Assembly (NCBI GenBank): GCA_044356395.1
Contig: JBIKWI010000003.1
Span: 1-62,993 of the forward strand
DNA from: Tagaea sp.
GTDB taxonomy: Bacteria > Pseudomonadota > Alphaproteobacteria > CACIAM-22H2
Length of the DNA stretch: 62,993 bases
Direction of reading: 5' to 3'
Each line of letters opens with the position of its first letter. Within the stretch, counting starts at the first letter, position 1. Under the pieces are notes generated by a model. That model was given only the letters and a program-made list of their open reading frames with translations. It was not told where the DNA came from and made no database searches. Made by a program: the position numbers and the translations under genes. Below are positions 11,317 through 20,676 of this stretch, piece after piece.

Positions 11317-12458
11317 ACGGCGGCACTCCGGCGCACGCGCTCGCTCGCACTCTTGAGCTGGCCGCACGCCGCGAAGATGTCGCTGCCGCGCGGCTTGCGC
11401 ACGGGGCTGGGGTAGCCCGCGTCGTTGACGATCTGGGCGAATTTCTCGATCGCATCGGCGGACGAGCATTCGAACGGGGCGCCGGGCCACGCGTTGAACG
11501 GGATCAGGTTGATCTTGGCCGGGATGCCGGCGATGAGCTTGACCAGGGCGCGCGCATCCGCCGGGCTGTCGTTGACGCCCTTCAGCATCACGTACTCGAA
11601 CGTGATGCGCCGGGCGTTTGACAGCGTCGGGTACGAGCGGCACGCATCCAGCAGTTCGGCGATCGGATACTTCTTGTTGAGCGGCACGATCACGTCGCGC
11701 AGCTCGTCGGTCACCGCGTGCAGCGAGATCGCCAGCATCACGCGCAGCTCCTCGCCGCAGCGCCGGATCATCGGCGCCACGCCCGACGTCGACAGCGTGA
11801 TCTTGCGCCGCGACACCGCGATGCCGTCCGGGTCCATGATGATCTTCAGCGCCTTGGCCACGTTCTCGTAATTGAACAGCGGCTCGCCCATGCCCATCAT
11901 CACGATGTTGGTGAACTTGCGGCCGGTCTCGGGTCCCGGCCATTCACCGAACGTGTCCTTGGCGAGCATGACCTGGCCGACGATCTCCTCCACCGTCAGG
12001 TCGCGCACGAGGCGCTGGGTCCCGGTGTGGCAGAACTTGCAGGTCAGCGTGCAGCCGACCTGGCTCGACACGCACAGCGTGCCCCGGTCTTCCTCGGGGA
12101 TGTGGACGGTCTCGATCTCCTGCCCGTCGGGATAGCGCAGCAGCCACTTCTTCGTGCCGTCGATCGATTCCTGCAGGCGCGCCACCTCGGGCCGGCGCAT
12201 GGCGTATTTCGTCTCGAGCTTGGCGCGCAGCTTCTTCGACATGTCGGTCATGTCGGCGAAATCCCGCGCACCCTTGCAGTAGATCCAGCCCCAGAGCTGG
12301 CGCGCGCGGAAGGCGGGCTCGCCCATCTCGGCGAAGATCTTCGCCAGTTCCTCGCGCGAGACGCCCACGAGATTGGCGCGGCCGTCCGGGCTTGCCGGTG
12401 CGGGCAGCGCCTCCTTGAAGGGGGCGAGTTCGGGTTTGGGGACGATGGGCTCGAGCAT
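11283..12458 (-). CDS. rlmN: 23S rRNA/tRNA (adenine-C2)-methyltransferase RlmN (radical SAM)
   Basis: Starts MLEPIV...[11 protein letters not shown], carries the radical-SAM motif [18 protein letters not shown] and ends ..AACGQLKS. Trimmed from ORF 11283..12920. Confidence 0.93.
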   Translation of the reverse strand: MLEPIVPKPELAPFKEALPAPASPDGRANLVGVSREELAKIFAEMGEPAFRARQLWGWIYCKGARDFADMTDMSKKLRAKLETKYAMRRPEVARLQESIDGTKKWLLRYPDGQEIETVHIPEEDRGTLCVSSQVGCTLTCKFCHTGTQRLVRDLTVEEIVGQVMLAKDTFGEWPGPETGRKFTNIVMMGMGEPLFNYENVAKALKIIMDPDGIAVSRRKITLSTSGVAPMIRRCGEELRVMLAISLHAVTDELRDVIVPLNKKYPIAELLDACRSYPTLSNARRITFEYVMLKGVNDSPADARALVKLIAGIPAKINLIPFNAWPGAPFECSSADAIEKFAQIVNDAGYPSPVRKPRGSDIFAACGQLKSASERVRRSAAVQTATTPNVSQ

Positions 12459-12514
12459 GGCGCCTATATAGGCGCTCAGGCCCAGCCTGTCACCGGCGGA
12501 CGGCGCCCGCTTAC

Positions 12515-13114
12515 TTACCGCCGGACGGCGCAGGCCTTGTCGATGTCGGCAAGGCCGCGCGCGAAGCCGGCAAGTGCAAAATGGTCGGTCGTCTCCGTGC
12601 CGCGCCCGGAAATGCCGCGCACGAGCGCCACCGTGTTGGCCGGCGCCTGACGCATCGCGTCGATCGCCTGGCGGTTGCCGACCTCGTCGCGCGTCCACGC
12701 CTTTTCCGAGTTGGGCTGGTTCAGGTTCGACAGCGGCACCTTGACCCGGCCGACCTCGATCTCCATCGGCCCGTTGTCGCGCAGCGCATAGCCGGCGACC
12801 CACGTGACCTCGTTGGTGCGGTTGGCGCCCGGATAGTGCGCGATGGTCATCGAGATCTCGCCCCGGCGTGCGTTGGCGGGCTTGCTCTCCGATTTCGTCG
12901 GCCGGCCGACGAGGTAGCACACGCGCGTGGGCCCGGTCCCGGCCTCGACCGCGATCCAGCCGTCATGCGCGCCGAGCTGGCGCGGCAGGCCGGCCCCGGG
13001 CGCCGGCTGTGCCGGAGCGGAAGGTGCCGGGGCAGCCGGGCGCTGCTGGGCCTGCACGCTGCCCGCAGCAACAAGGAACGAAGCGGCAACGACGATGTGA
13101 AATCGAGGTTTCAT
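12515..13114 (-). CDS. Invasion-associated locus B (IalB) family secreted protein
   Basis: Signal peptide [22 protein letters not shown] followed by ..GWIAVE....RVCYLVG.P...... typical of IalB-family proteins. Confidence 0.7.
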   Translation of the reverse strand: MKPRFHIVVAASFLVAAGSVQAQQRPAAPAPSAPAQPAPGAGLPRQLGAHDGWIAVEAGTGPTRVCYLVGRPTKSESKPANARRGEISMTIAHYPGANRTNEVTWVAGYALRDNGPMEIEVGRVKVPLSNLNQPNSEKAWTRDEVGNRQAIDAMRQAPANTVALVRGISGRGTETTDHFALAGFARGLADIDKACAVRR

Positions 13115-13123
13115 GGCGATCCG

Positions 13124-13150
13124 TGATCCGGGCTGGATGACCTTGCGTAT
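13124..13150 (+). promoter_or_regulatory. Possible ECF (RpoE-ChrR type) autoregulated promoter
   Basis: TGATCC (13124-13129), 16 nt, then CGTAT (13146-13150), about 160 nt upstream of the sigma factor ATG. TGATCC is the -35 element I recall for the RpoE-ChrR regulon. My memory of the -10 part is uncertain. Confidence 0.3.
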
Positions 13151-13307
13151 CGCACTGAGCATGTTTGACGTCAACCGCCGACAACCGATCCGCCGGACCC
13201 CCGGCCCGACAGGCAGGACCGCAAGCCTTCCGGCCGGTCTGCTGGCATGTCGGCTGCTGGCACCCCGGCAGTTTGCGATCCGGCCGCCGGCCTCTATACA
13301 GGGCGCG

Positions 13308-13877
13308 ATGCGTTCCCAATCCGACCTCTCCGCTCTCGACGCCCAGATCCGCGACATCGCGGCGGTCGCGCGCTTCCAGGACCGCGCCGCGTTCGCGCGC
13401 CTGTTCGACCATTTCGGCCCGCGCGTGAAGGCCTATCTGCTGCGGCTGGGGGCGGACAAGGGCCAGGCCGAGGACCTGACGCAGGAAGTGATGCTGACCG
13501 TGTGGCGCAAGGCGCCGGCCTACGAGGCCAAGCTCGCCAGCCCCGCGACCTGGATCTTCACCATCGCGCGCAACCGGCGCATCGATTCGCTGCGCCGCGA
13601 CAAGCGCACGCGGCTGGATGTCGACGATCCGGGACTGATGCCCGAGCCCGAGGCGATGCCCGACCGCACGCTCGATGCCGGGCGCTGGGAAAAGCGGCTC
13701 GCCGCCGCCCTCGACGAACTGCCGGCCGAGCAGGCGCAGATGCTGCGGCTCGCCTACTACGAAGACCGCTCGCACGGCGACATCGCGCAGAGCCTGCGCC
13801 TGCCGCTGGGCACCGTGAAATCGCGCCTGCGGCTTGCCGTCGCACGCCTGCGCACTATGTTCGAGTCCGACCGATGA
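13308..13877 (+). CDS. rpoE: ECF RNA polymerase sigma factor (RpoE of the RpoE-ChrR pair)
   Basis: Sigma-70 region 2 (FARLFDHFGPRVKAYLLRLG...AEDLTQEVMLTVW) and region 4 (..YYEDRSHGDIAQSLRLPLGTVKSRLR). Trimmed from ORF 13113..13877. Confidence 0.9.
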   Translation: MRSQSDLSALDAQIRDIAAVARFQDRAAFARLFDHFGPRVKAYLLRLGADKGQAEDLTQEVMLTVWRKAPAYEAKLASPATWIFTIARNRRIDSLRRDKRTRLDVDDPGLMPEPEAMPDRTLDAGRWEKRLAAALDELPAEQAQMLRLAYYEDRSHGDIAQSLRLPLGTVKSRLRLAVARLRTMFESDR

Positions 13878-14533
13878 CACAGCCCCGCCCCCTTTCCGAC
13901 GAATGGCTCGTCGACTACGCCGCCGGCTCGGCACCCGAGCCGGTTGCCGTCCTGCTCGACGCGCATGTTTCGTTGTGCCCGGAAGCCCGCGCGACCGTGG
14001 CGCGGCTCGATGCCGTGGGCGGTACCTTGCTCGACCGGCTGGAGCCGGCCCCGCTCGCCCCCGACGCACTGGAGCGCATGCTTGCCCGGCTCGACGGACC
14101 GGCACCGGCCCCGACGGCTGCCGCCCCGCGCGCGCCGCACAAGCTGCTGCCCGATTCGATCTTGCCTTACACGGGCGGCGATCTCGAAAAGCTCGCCTGG
14201 TCGCGGATCGTCAAGGGCGTGGAAGAAGTGACGCTGCCCACCGCCGCGTCTGCCTCGCACCGGATGAGCCTGCTGCGCATCGCCGGCGGGCGCGCGATCC
14301 CGGCGCACACCCATTACGGCGACGAACTGCTGCTGGTGCTCGACGGCGGCTTCGAGGACGGCCGCGGTCACTATGTGCGCGGCGACGTCTGCGCGGCCGA
14401 CGAGACGGTCAAGCACGCCCCCACCGCCGACCGCGCGAAGGACTGCCTGTGCCTTGCGGTCACGACCGGTCCGATCAAGCTGACCGGCGGCTGGGGCCGC
14501 CTGCTCAACCCGCTGCTGCGCCTGCGCGGCTGA
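13874..14533 (+). CDS. chrR: Anti-sigma factor ChrR (zinc anti-sigma domain + cupin)
   Basis: N-terminal DEWLVDYAAGS..EPVAVLLDAHVSLCPEAR and a C-terminal cupin (HTHYGDELLLVLDGGFEDGRGHY.RGD). The ATG overlaps the rpoE stop. Confidence 0.88.
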   Translation: MTQPRPLSDEWLVDYAAGSAPEPVAVLLDAHVSLCPEARATVARLDAVGGTLLDRLEPAPLAPDALERMLARLDGPAPAPTAAAPRAPHKLLPDSILPYTGGDLEKLAWSRIVKGVEEVTLPTAASASHRMSLLRIAGGRAIPAHTHYGDELLLVLDGGFEDGRGHYVRGDVCAADETVKHAPTADRAKDCLCLAVTTGPIKLTGGWGRLLNPLLRLRG

Positions 14534-14534
14534 A

Positions 14535-14623
14535 CCGTCATGCCCGGCCTCGTGCCGGGCATCCACGACTTGGATTGCGGCGAACGAAGTCGTGGATGCC
14601 CGCGACAAGCGCGGGCATGACGG
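14535..14623. repeat. Nested palindromic intergenic element, family B, copy 1
   Basis: The outer 12-bp stem CCGTCATGCCCG/CGGGCATGACGG encloses three hairpins: GCCCGGC..GCCGGGC, ATCCACGACTT..AAGTCGTGGAT and GCCCGCG..CGCGGGC. A near-identical copy lies at 17351..17433. Confidence 0.85.
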
Positions 14624-14642
14624 CAAAAGCGGTCTTCCGTTA

Positions 14643-15176
14643 CTAGGTCTTCTTCCTCAGCACCGGGCCGCCGGACACGTGCCTGCGGCGCGTCGAGACC
14701 GTCGGCCCGCCCGGCAGGATGGGCCGAGCCTCGTGCTGGCCCATCGACAGCACGCGGTCGTACATGACGAGCGCGCCCGCCAGCGACACGTTGATGCAGA
14801 ACTTCGTCGGGATCTTGACCACATGCTTGCAGCGCGCGGTCGTCTCGGGCGACAGCGAGCCGCGCTCGGGGCCGAGGATGTAGGCTGCCGCGCGCGGATG
14901 GCGGAAGCTCGGCAGTTCGACCGCGTCGGGCGTCAGTTCGATGCCGACCAGCACGCAGCCCACCGGCAGGCGCATGTCGTCGAGCGTGGCCCAGTCGTAG
15001 ACCGGCATGCTGTCCGACGCGTCGGACGTGTCGGCGCGGTTGGCCTCGGTGCGGTCGAAGGCGGCTGCGAGCGTGAAGGCGAACGACGCGCCGAAGGCGT
15101 GGGCCGTGCGCGCCAGCGCCCCCAGATTCATGGGCTTGGAAATGCCCTCGACGCCGATGCCGAAATAGCCGCGCAT
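14643..15176 (-). CDS. SpoU/TrmH-family RNA 2'-O-methyltransferase
   Basis: 177 aa with GIGVEGISKPMNLGALARTAHAFGA...YILGPERGSLS......V.IP....INVS.AGALVMYD (SPOUT knot motifs). Confidence 0.8.
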   Translation of the reverse strand: MRGYFGIGVEGISKPMNLGALARTAHAFGASFAFTLAAAFDRTEANRADTSDASDSMPVYDWATLDDMRLPVGCVLVGIELTPDAVELPSFRHPRAAAYILGPERGSLSPETTARCKHVVKIPTKFCINVSLAGALVMYDRVLSMGQHEARPILPGGPTVSTRRRHVSGGPVLRKKT

Positions 15177-15226
15177 GATCGCGGGAACTTGCCTTGCGCG
15201 TGCGCAAGAGGCAAGTTCCGAAGATC

Positions 15227-16228
15227 ATGTCCAAACCCCTGATCGTCGAAGTCACCCGCGGCAGCCTCGTCGAAAGCCGCCACCGTGCCGCAATCGCCGT
15301 CGTTTCGGCCGACGGCACCCTGATCGAATCGCACGGCGACATCGCAAGGCCGGTCTTCCCGCGCTCGGCGATCAAGCCGATCCAGTCGCTGGGCCTGATC
15401 GAGACCGGGGCCGCCGACGCGTTCGGCTGCTCGACGGCCGAGATCGCGATCTCCTCGGCCAGCCATGGCGGCGAACCCATGCACACGCGCACGGTCGTGG
15501 CGTGGCTCAACCGCATGGGGCTCGACGTGGGCGATCTCGAGTGCGGCGCGCATCTGCCCACCCATGCGCCCAGCGCCAACCTGCTGATCCGCGCTTTCGA
15601 GGAGCCCGACGCCTCGCACAACAACTGTTCGGGCAAGCACACCGGCATGCTCGCCGTGTGCAAGCACATGGGCTGGCCGCTGAAGGGCTATATCGATCCC
15701 GCACACCCGCTGCAGAAGCGCATCGTCGAGACATATGAAGCGATGCTCGGCCTGTCGCTTGCCGATGCGGCGACCGGCCTCGACGGCTGCTCGCTGCCGC
15801 AGGTCGCCGTGCCCGTGCGCAATCTCGCCCTTGGAATCGCGCGCGTGGGTTCGCCCGACGGGCTGCCGGGCGAGCGTGCTTCGGCCTGCACGCGCATGTC
15901 CGCGGCGATCCGCGAAAACCCGTTCATGCTGGCGGGCACGGGGCGCTTCTGCACGCGCGCGCTGATCGCCGCGCGCGGCCATGCGGTGCTCAAGACCGGG
16001 GCCGAAGGCGTCTACATGGCGGCGGTGCCGGCGAGGAAGATCGGCATCGCGCTGAAGATCGAGGACGGCAACGGGCGCGGGGCCGAAGTGGCGATGGCGC
16101 ATTTCCTCGAGAAGTACGGCGGCTTTGCCGACACGCCGCGTGCCGAGATCGACGCCCTTCTCAATCCGAAGATCACCAACGCCGCCGGCCGCACGGTTGG
16201 CGACATCCGTCCGGCGCCCAACTGGTGA
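15227..16228 (+). CDS. Asparaginase II family protein (PF06089-like)
   Basis: MSKPLIVEVTRGSLVESRHRAA..FPRSAIKPIQ...SHGGEP.H......NNCSGKHTGMLA is the pattern of the Rhizobium-type thermolabile asparaginase family. Confidence 0.8.
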   Translation: MSKPLIVEVTRGSLVESRHRAAIAVVSADGTLIESHGDIARPVFPRSAIKPIQSLGLIETGAADAFGCSTAEIAISSASHGGEPMHTRTVVAWLNRMGLDVGDLECGAHLPTHAPSANLLIRAFEEPDASHNNCSGKHTGMLAVCKHMGWPLKGYIDPAHPLQKRIVETYEAMLGLSLADAATGLDGCSLPQVAVPVRNLALGIARVGSPDGLPGERASACTRMSAAIRENPFMLAGTGRFCTRALIAARGHAVLKTGAEGVYMAAVPARKIGIALKIEDGNGRGAEVAMAHFLEKYGGFADTPRAEIDALLNPKITNAAGRTVGDIRPAPNW

Positions 16229-16232
16229 GCCG

Positions 16233-17348
16233 ATGAGCGCCGACGACGTCGAGAACGCGGAGCGCATCGCCCGCCTGCTGCACGCGCGCGCCGACCTCGC
16301 CCCCGGCGAACCGGTCGCCCCGCCCATCGTGATGGCGAGCTCCTACCATCTGCCCGGCTTGCCGGCCGACGCCCCGTTCCAGTACGGGCGCTTCCACAAT
16401 CCGAGCTGGGATGCCGTCGAGCACGCGCTGGCGATCCTCGAGGACGCGCCGGTCGTCGCGTTCCCGTCGGGCATGGCCGCCATCGCCGCCGTGCTCTATT
16501 CGCAGCTGCGCGCGGGCGACCGCGTGCTGCTGCCGTCCGACGGCTACTACACCACGCGGGCACTGGCCGAGAAATTCCTGGGTCCGCTCGGCGTGTCGTT
16601 CGACCTGCGCGCGACCGCCGACTTCATGGCGGGCGGCTTTGCCGGCTACCGGCTGGTATGGATCGAAAGCCCGTCCAACCCCGGGCTCGACGTGTGCGAC
16701 ATCGCGGCCGTCGCGGCCGCGGCACACGCCGCCGGAGCGAAGGTCGCCGTCGACAACACGACGATGACGCCGCTGGGCCAGCGCCCGCTCGACCTTGGCG
16801 CCGATTTCGTCGTGGCCGCCGACACCAAGGCACCCGGCGGCCATGCCGACGTGCTGTTCGGCCATGTCGCGTCGCGCGACAAGGCCCTGCTCGATGCGGT
16901 GCGCGACTGGCGCAAGCTATCGGGCGCGATCCCCGGCCCGTTCGAGGCGTGGCTCGTCCATCGCGGGCTGGAAACGCTGGAGCTGCGCTTCTCGCGCATG
17001 TGCGATTCCGCCGTCGAGATCGCGCGCCGGCTGGCGGTGCACGAAGGCACCGTGTCGGTGCGCCATCCGGGGCTCGGCAACGATCCCGCGCACGCCATCG
17101 CGCGAAAGCAGATGGCGAAGTTCGGCAGCCTCGTCGGCGTGACGTTCGCGAGCGAGGCGCTGGCGGAGAAGTTCATCGCCTGCCGCTTCATCCGGCCGAG
17201 TACCAGCTTCGGCAGCGTGCATACCAGCGCCGAGCGCCGTGCGCGCTGGGGCGATGCTGTGGCCCCGGGTTATGTGCGCCTGTCGGTCGGCTGCGAGCCG
17301 CTCGAAGCGCTGTGGGCGGCGATGGAAGAGGCCCTGAAGGGCGGCTGA
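16233..17348 (+). CDS. Cys/Met-metabolism PLP-dependent enzyme (cystathionine gamma-synthase/lyase family)
   Basis: 371 aa with ..YGRFHNPSWDAVE.ALA.LE.A..VAFPSGMAAI...ESPSNPGL.V.DI....DNT..TP......GAD.VV.ADTKAPGGHADVL. The substrate is not assignable. Confidence 0.8.
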   Translation: MSADDVENAERIARLLHARADLAPGEPVAPPIVMASSYHLPGLPADAPFQYGRFHNPSWDAVEHALAILEDAPVVAFPSGMAAIAAVLYSQLRAGDRVLLPSDGYYTTRALAEKFLGPLGVSFDLRATADFMAGGFAGYRLVWIESPSNPGLDVCDIAAVAAAAHAAGAKVAVDNTTMTPLGQRPLDLGADFVVAADTKAPGGHADVLFGHVASRDKALLDAVRDWRKLSGAIPGPFEAWLVHRGLETLELRFSRMCDSAVEIARRLAVHEGTVSVRHPGLGNDPAHAIARKQMAKFGSLVGVTFASEALAEKFIACRFIRPSTSFGSVHTSAERRARWGDAVAPGYVRLSVGCEPLEALWAAMEEALKGG

Positions 17349-17350
17349 AC

Positions 17351-17433
17351 GCGTCATGCCCGGCCTTGTGCCGGGCATCCACGACTTACCGTCTGGCAAA
17401 GACGTGGATGGCCGGGACAAGCCCGGCCATGAC
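17351..17433. repeat. Nested palindromic intergenic element, family B, copy 2
   Basis: GCGTCATGCCCGGCCTTGTGCCGGGCATCCACGACTT...GACGTGGATGGCCGGGACAAGCCCGGCCATGAC has the same architecture as 14535..14623. Confidence 0.85.
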
Positions 17434-17438
17434 AGTGA

Positions 17439-17822
17439 TCAATACGCCGGCAGATGCGGGTCGAGGCTGAAGCCCGCGAATCGGCCTTCGACGTGATCAT
17501 GGCGTGTCGCGGAAATCCCGCCCGCATCGTCGAGCGTGCCGACGGCAAGATCGATCGTCGCGTCGCCGTCGCGCTGCCAGAACAGCGTCGACCCGCACGA
17601 AGCACAGAACGAGCGGGTCGCGAAGCCCGACGCCCGGTATTCGGCCGGCCTTCCGTTCAGTTCGAATCCGGCGAGCGGCACGGTCGCCCAGGTCGCGGCG
17701 ATCGCACCGCTCGTACGCCGGCACATGTCGCAGTGGCAGTGGTTGACGCGCGCGACCGGACCGCGCGCCGAATAGCGCACGGCCTTGCACAGGCATCCGC
17801 CGAGGAGCGGTGCAGCGCTCAC
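17439..17822 (-). CDS. GFA (glutathione-dependent formaldehyde-activating / CENP-V) family protein
   Basis: GGCLCKAVRY...CHCDMCRR.SG......FC..CGS.LF Cys-rich zinc motifs. The GTG start at 17822 was chosen; the ORF upstream of it is Arg/Pro junk. Confidence 0.75.
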   Translation of the reverse strand: MSAAPLLGGCLCKAVRYSARGPVARVNHCHCDMCRRTSGAIAATWATVPLAGFELNGRPAEYRASGFATRSFCASCGSTLFWQRDGDATIDLAVGTLDDAGGISATRHDHVEGRFAGFSLDPHLPAY

Positions 17823-18049
17823 GCGCGCCAGACCGGCTTTTCGATCTCGCGCGACACGTCGGCGCGGCTGAGGCCCATGTCCTTCAGGGCCGCATCGTCC
17901 AGCGCTTCGAGCCGCGTGCGGTCGCGCGCGCGTTCCTGCCACACGACGACGGCCAGCAGGCTGGTACCCAGCGCCGTCCCGACGGCGGCGAACGCCGTGC
18001 GCCAGGCCGTCCGGAAATCGACATCTCCGTTTACCGTCAGACAGACCAT
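17819..18049 (-). CDS. DUF1127 domain small protein
   Basis: The C-terminal LEALDDAALKDMGLSRADVSREI matches the DUF1127 signature. AAGAGGA precedes the ATG at 18049, and the stop overlaps the GFA start (GTGA). Confidence 0.65.
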   Translation of the reverse strand: MVCLTVNGDVDFRTAWRTAFAAVGTALGTSLLAVVVWQERARDRTRLEALDDAALKDMGLSRADVSREIEKPVWRA

Positions 18050-18157
18050 GACCAAATCCTCTTCATGTGCAGACCTTGGAAACGATGCGAATTTGCCGGT
18101 AAAATGGGGCCCATACAAACGACCTTATCTCGGGCGATGCATAAGGAAACCTAAGAC

Positions 18158-19168
18158 ATGGCGACCACCCGCCTGCCGCCGCTCAACGGCCTGCGCGCCT
18201 TCGAGGCGGCGGCCCGGCATCTGTCGCTGACCAGGGCCGCCGAGGAACTCGGCGTCACGCAGGCCGCGGTCAGCCATCAGGTGAAAGGGCTGGAAGACGC
18301 CCTCGGCACCAAGCTCTTCCGCCGCCTGACGCGCGCGCTCGCCCTCACGTCGGCGGGTGCCGCACTTGCCCCCGAACTCAACGCCGCCTTCGTGCGCATC
18401 TCGATGGCGGTCGACCGCGCGCGCGAGCGCGAGGCCAAGGGCACGATCCGGCTCAGCCTGCTGACGACGATCGCGCTGACGTTCCTGGTGCCGCGGCTGG
18501 GCCGGTTCGCCGCCCGCCATCCGGCCATCGAACTCAGGCTCGAGACGTCCGCCCGGCTCGTCGATTTCGACCGCGAGCCGGTCGACGCGGCGATCCGCTA
18601 CGGCACGGGCGACTACCCGGGGCTGCATGCCGACCGTCTGTTCGACGACACGCTGACGCCGCTGTGCGCGCCGGCCCTCGCCAAGAAGATCCGCAAGCCG
18701 GCCGACGTGCTGGCCCATCCGCTTCTCGACGACCACATCCTCTACGACGAATGGGGCGTGTGGCTTGCCGCCGCCGGCATCCCGGTGCGCCAGCCGCGCA
18801 AGCGCGCCGCCGTGTTCGACTCGACGCGCGTGGCCGTCGAGGCGGCGATGGAAGGCATGGGCATCGCGCTTGGCGCGCCGTTCCTGTTCTCGGCCGAGAT
18901 CGCGTCGGGGCGGCTCGTGCAGCCGCTGCCGCTGGTCGTGCCGGCGGGCAAGTCCTACTGGCTCGTCTGCCGCAACCAGGACGTCGAGCGGCCGACGGTC
19001 AAGGCGTTCCGCGACTGGATGCTGGAGGAGACGGCCGAACTGCGCGCCGCGACTACGCCGCCGGCGGCACCTCGCGCAGGTAGTACATCAGGTCGAGCGG
19101 CGGCGGCGGCACGTCGGTCTGGGAAAGCAGCCCGTGCGTCTGGCCACGATGGTGGGTCTGGTGGTTGA
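18158..19168 (+). CDS. LysR-family transcriptional regulator (GcvA-like)
   Basis: N-terminal wHTH LPPLNGLRAFEAAARHLSLTRAAEELGVTQAAVSHQVKGLE. The Ala/Gly/Arg-rich last ~30 codons overlap the convergent DinB gene and may not be genuine protein. Confidence 0.85.
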   Translation: MATTRLPPLNGLRAFEAAARHLSLTRAAEELGVTQAAVSHQVKGLEDALGTKLFRRLTRALALTSAGAALAPELNAAFVRISMAVDRAREREAKGTIRLSLLTTIALTFLVPRLGRFAARHPAIELRLETSARLVDFDREPVDAAIRYGTGDYPGLHADRLFDDTLTPLCAPALAKKIRKPADVLAHPLLDDHILYDEWGVWLAAAGIPVRQPRKRAAVFDSTRVAVEAAMEGMGIALGAPFLFSAEIASGRLVQPLPLVVPAGKSYWLVCRNQDVERPTVKAFRDWMLEETAELRAATTPPAAPRAGSTSGRAAAAARRSGKAARASGHDGGSGG

Positions 19169-19559
19169 ACATGTGCGTCAGCACCCAGCGGATCGGCATG
19201 GCCTGCGCCTCGCCGGCCATGTTCTTGTAGCGCAGCGTCGTGTTGACGGTCGGCTCGTCGAGCGCGTCGCAGTAGGTGACGATCTGCGCGTCCTCGGCGA
19301 CACGCGCCACGTTGAGCCCGATGAAGTCGCCGTACAGGATCTCGTCGAGCCCCGTGACCGCCGCCGGATGGCCGGTCAGGCGGCCCATCCAGATGCGGTC
19401 GGCGACGAGGATGTGGTTGAGCGTGGCGTGGATCGACCCGAAGAACGACGGGCGCTGCATGAAAAGCTCGTTGTCGTGCAGCTTGCCGCAGACGGCGTAG
19501 AGCCGCTCGTTGGCCCACTGGTTGTAGCGCGCGAGCACGCGGAAATGATCGGGCTTCAT
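19053..19559 (-). CDS. DinB-family (damage-inducible) metal-dependent protein
   Basis: MKPDHFRVLARYNQWANERLY.......GSIHATLNHILVADRIW..R.....H.FNHQTHHRGQ four-helix DinB motifs. Trimmed from ORF 19053..19880. Confidence 0.8.
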   Translation of the reverse strand: MKPDHFRVLARYNQWANERLYAVCGKLHDNELFMQRPSFFGSIHATLNHILVADRIWMGRLTGHPAAVTGLDEILYGDFIGLNVARVAEDAQIVTYCDALDEPTVNTTLRYKNMAGEAQAMPIRWVLTHMFNHQTHHRGQTHGLLSQTDVPPPPLDLMYYLREVPPAA

Positions 19560-19625
19560 GGCGGTCGACTCCGTCTGTAACGATAGGCAGCGATAATGCG
19601 CCGATTCCCGGCGGAAGGAAATTCC

Positions 19626-20597
19626 ATGCGTCTTGCCATCTCCCTTGCGGTCCTGCTGGCGGCACTGCCCGCCGCCGCGTTCGACCTGCAGGGCCATCGC
19701 GGTGCCCGGGGCCTCGCGCCCGAGAACACCCTTCCCGCCTTCGCGACGGCCCTTTCGCTGGGCGTGTCGACGCTCGAGCTCGACCTTGGCGTCACGCGCG
19801 ACGGCGTTGCCGTCGTGGCGCACGACCGCCGGCTCAATCCCGACATCACGAAGGGGCCGGACGGCATGTGGATCCCGCATCCCGGTCCGCGCGTGCGGGA
19901 CCTGACGCTGGCCGAGCTGCAGCGCTTCGAAGTGGGCACGATCCGGCCCGACATCGACTACGCGCGCACGTTCGCAAGCCAGAAGGCCATCGCGGGAACG
20001 CGCATGCCCACGCTCGATGCGGTCTTCGATCTGGTGCGCCGGTCGGGCAACACGGACGTGCGGTTCAACATCGAGACGAAAATCTCCCCGCTTTTCCCCG
20101 ACGAGACGCTGCCGCCCGACGAATTCGCGCGCGTCGCCATCGCGGCGATCGACCGCGGCGGCATGCGGGCACGCGCCACGCTGCAGTCCTTCGACTGGCG
20201 TACGCTGGCGGTCGCAGCCCGCGAAGCCCCCGATCTGTCACGCGCCTATCTCACGATCGAACGCGGCAATGGCGACAATGTGTGGAGAGGTCGCGGGAAA
20301 AGCCCGTGGACCGGGCTGGATGCCGCCGCCCACGGCAATTCGGCGCCGCGGCTGGTCAAGGCGGCGGGCGGGATGATCTGGTCGCCGTTCTTCCGCGACC
20401 TGACGGACTCGGCATACGCCGAAGCGAAGGGACTGGGCCTGACGGTGATCCCGTGGACGGTCAACGATCCGGCCGACATGGCAAGGCTGGTCGATCTGGG
20501 CGTGGACGGCCTGATCAGCGACTATCCCGACCGGCTGCGCGCCGTGCTGGCGGCCAAGGGCAAGGCGCTGCCGGCGCCGGCGCCGGTCGGGCCCTGA
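19626..20597 (+). CDS. Glycerophosphodiester phosphodiesterase family protein (secreted)
   Basis: Signal peptide [18 protein letters not shown] followed by [18 protein letters not shown]...GV..LELDL..T.DG..VV.HD (GDPD catalytic motif). Confidence 0.85.
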   Translation: MRLAISLAVLLAALPAAAFDLQGHRGARGLAPENTLPAFATALSLGVSTLELDLGVTRDGVAVVAHDRRLNPDITKGPDGMWIPHPGPRVRDLTLAELQRFEVGTIRPDIDYARTFASQKAIAGTRMPTLDAVFDLVRRSGNTDVRFNIETKISPLFPDETLPPDEFARVAIAAIDRGGMRARATLQSFDWRTLAVAAREAPDLSRAYLTIERGNGDNVWRGRGKSPWTGLDAAAHGNSAPRLVKAAGGMIWSPFFRDLTDSAYAEAKGLGLTVIPWTVNDPADMARLVDLGVDGLISDYPDRLRAVLAAKGKALPAPAPVGP

Positions 20598-20676
20598 AAC
20601 GGGAATTGCGGGCCTTGATTCCCGCTCCCGGTCTTGTTGTACTCGGGACCGCCGAATCACGCACATCGAGGGACAG

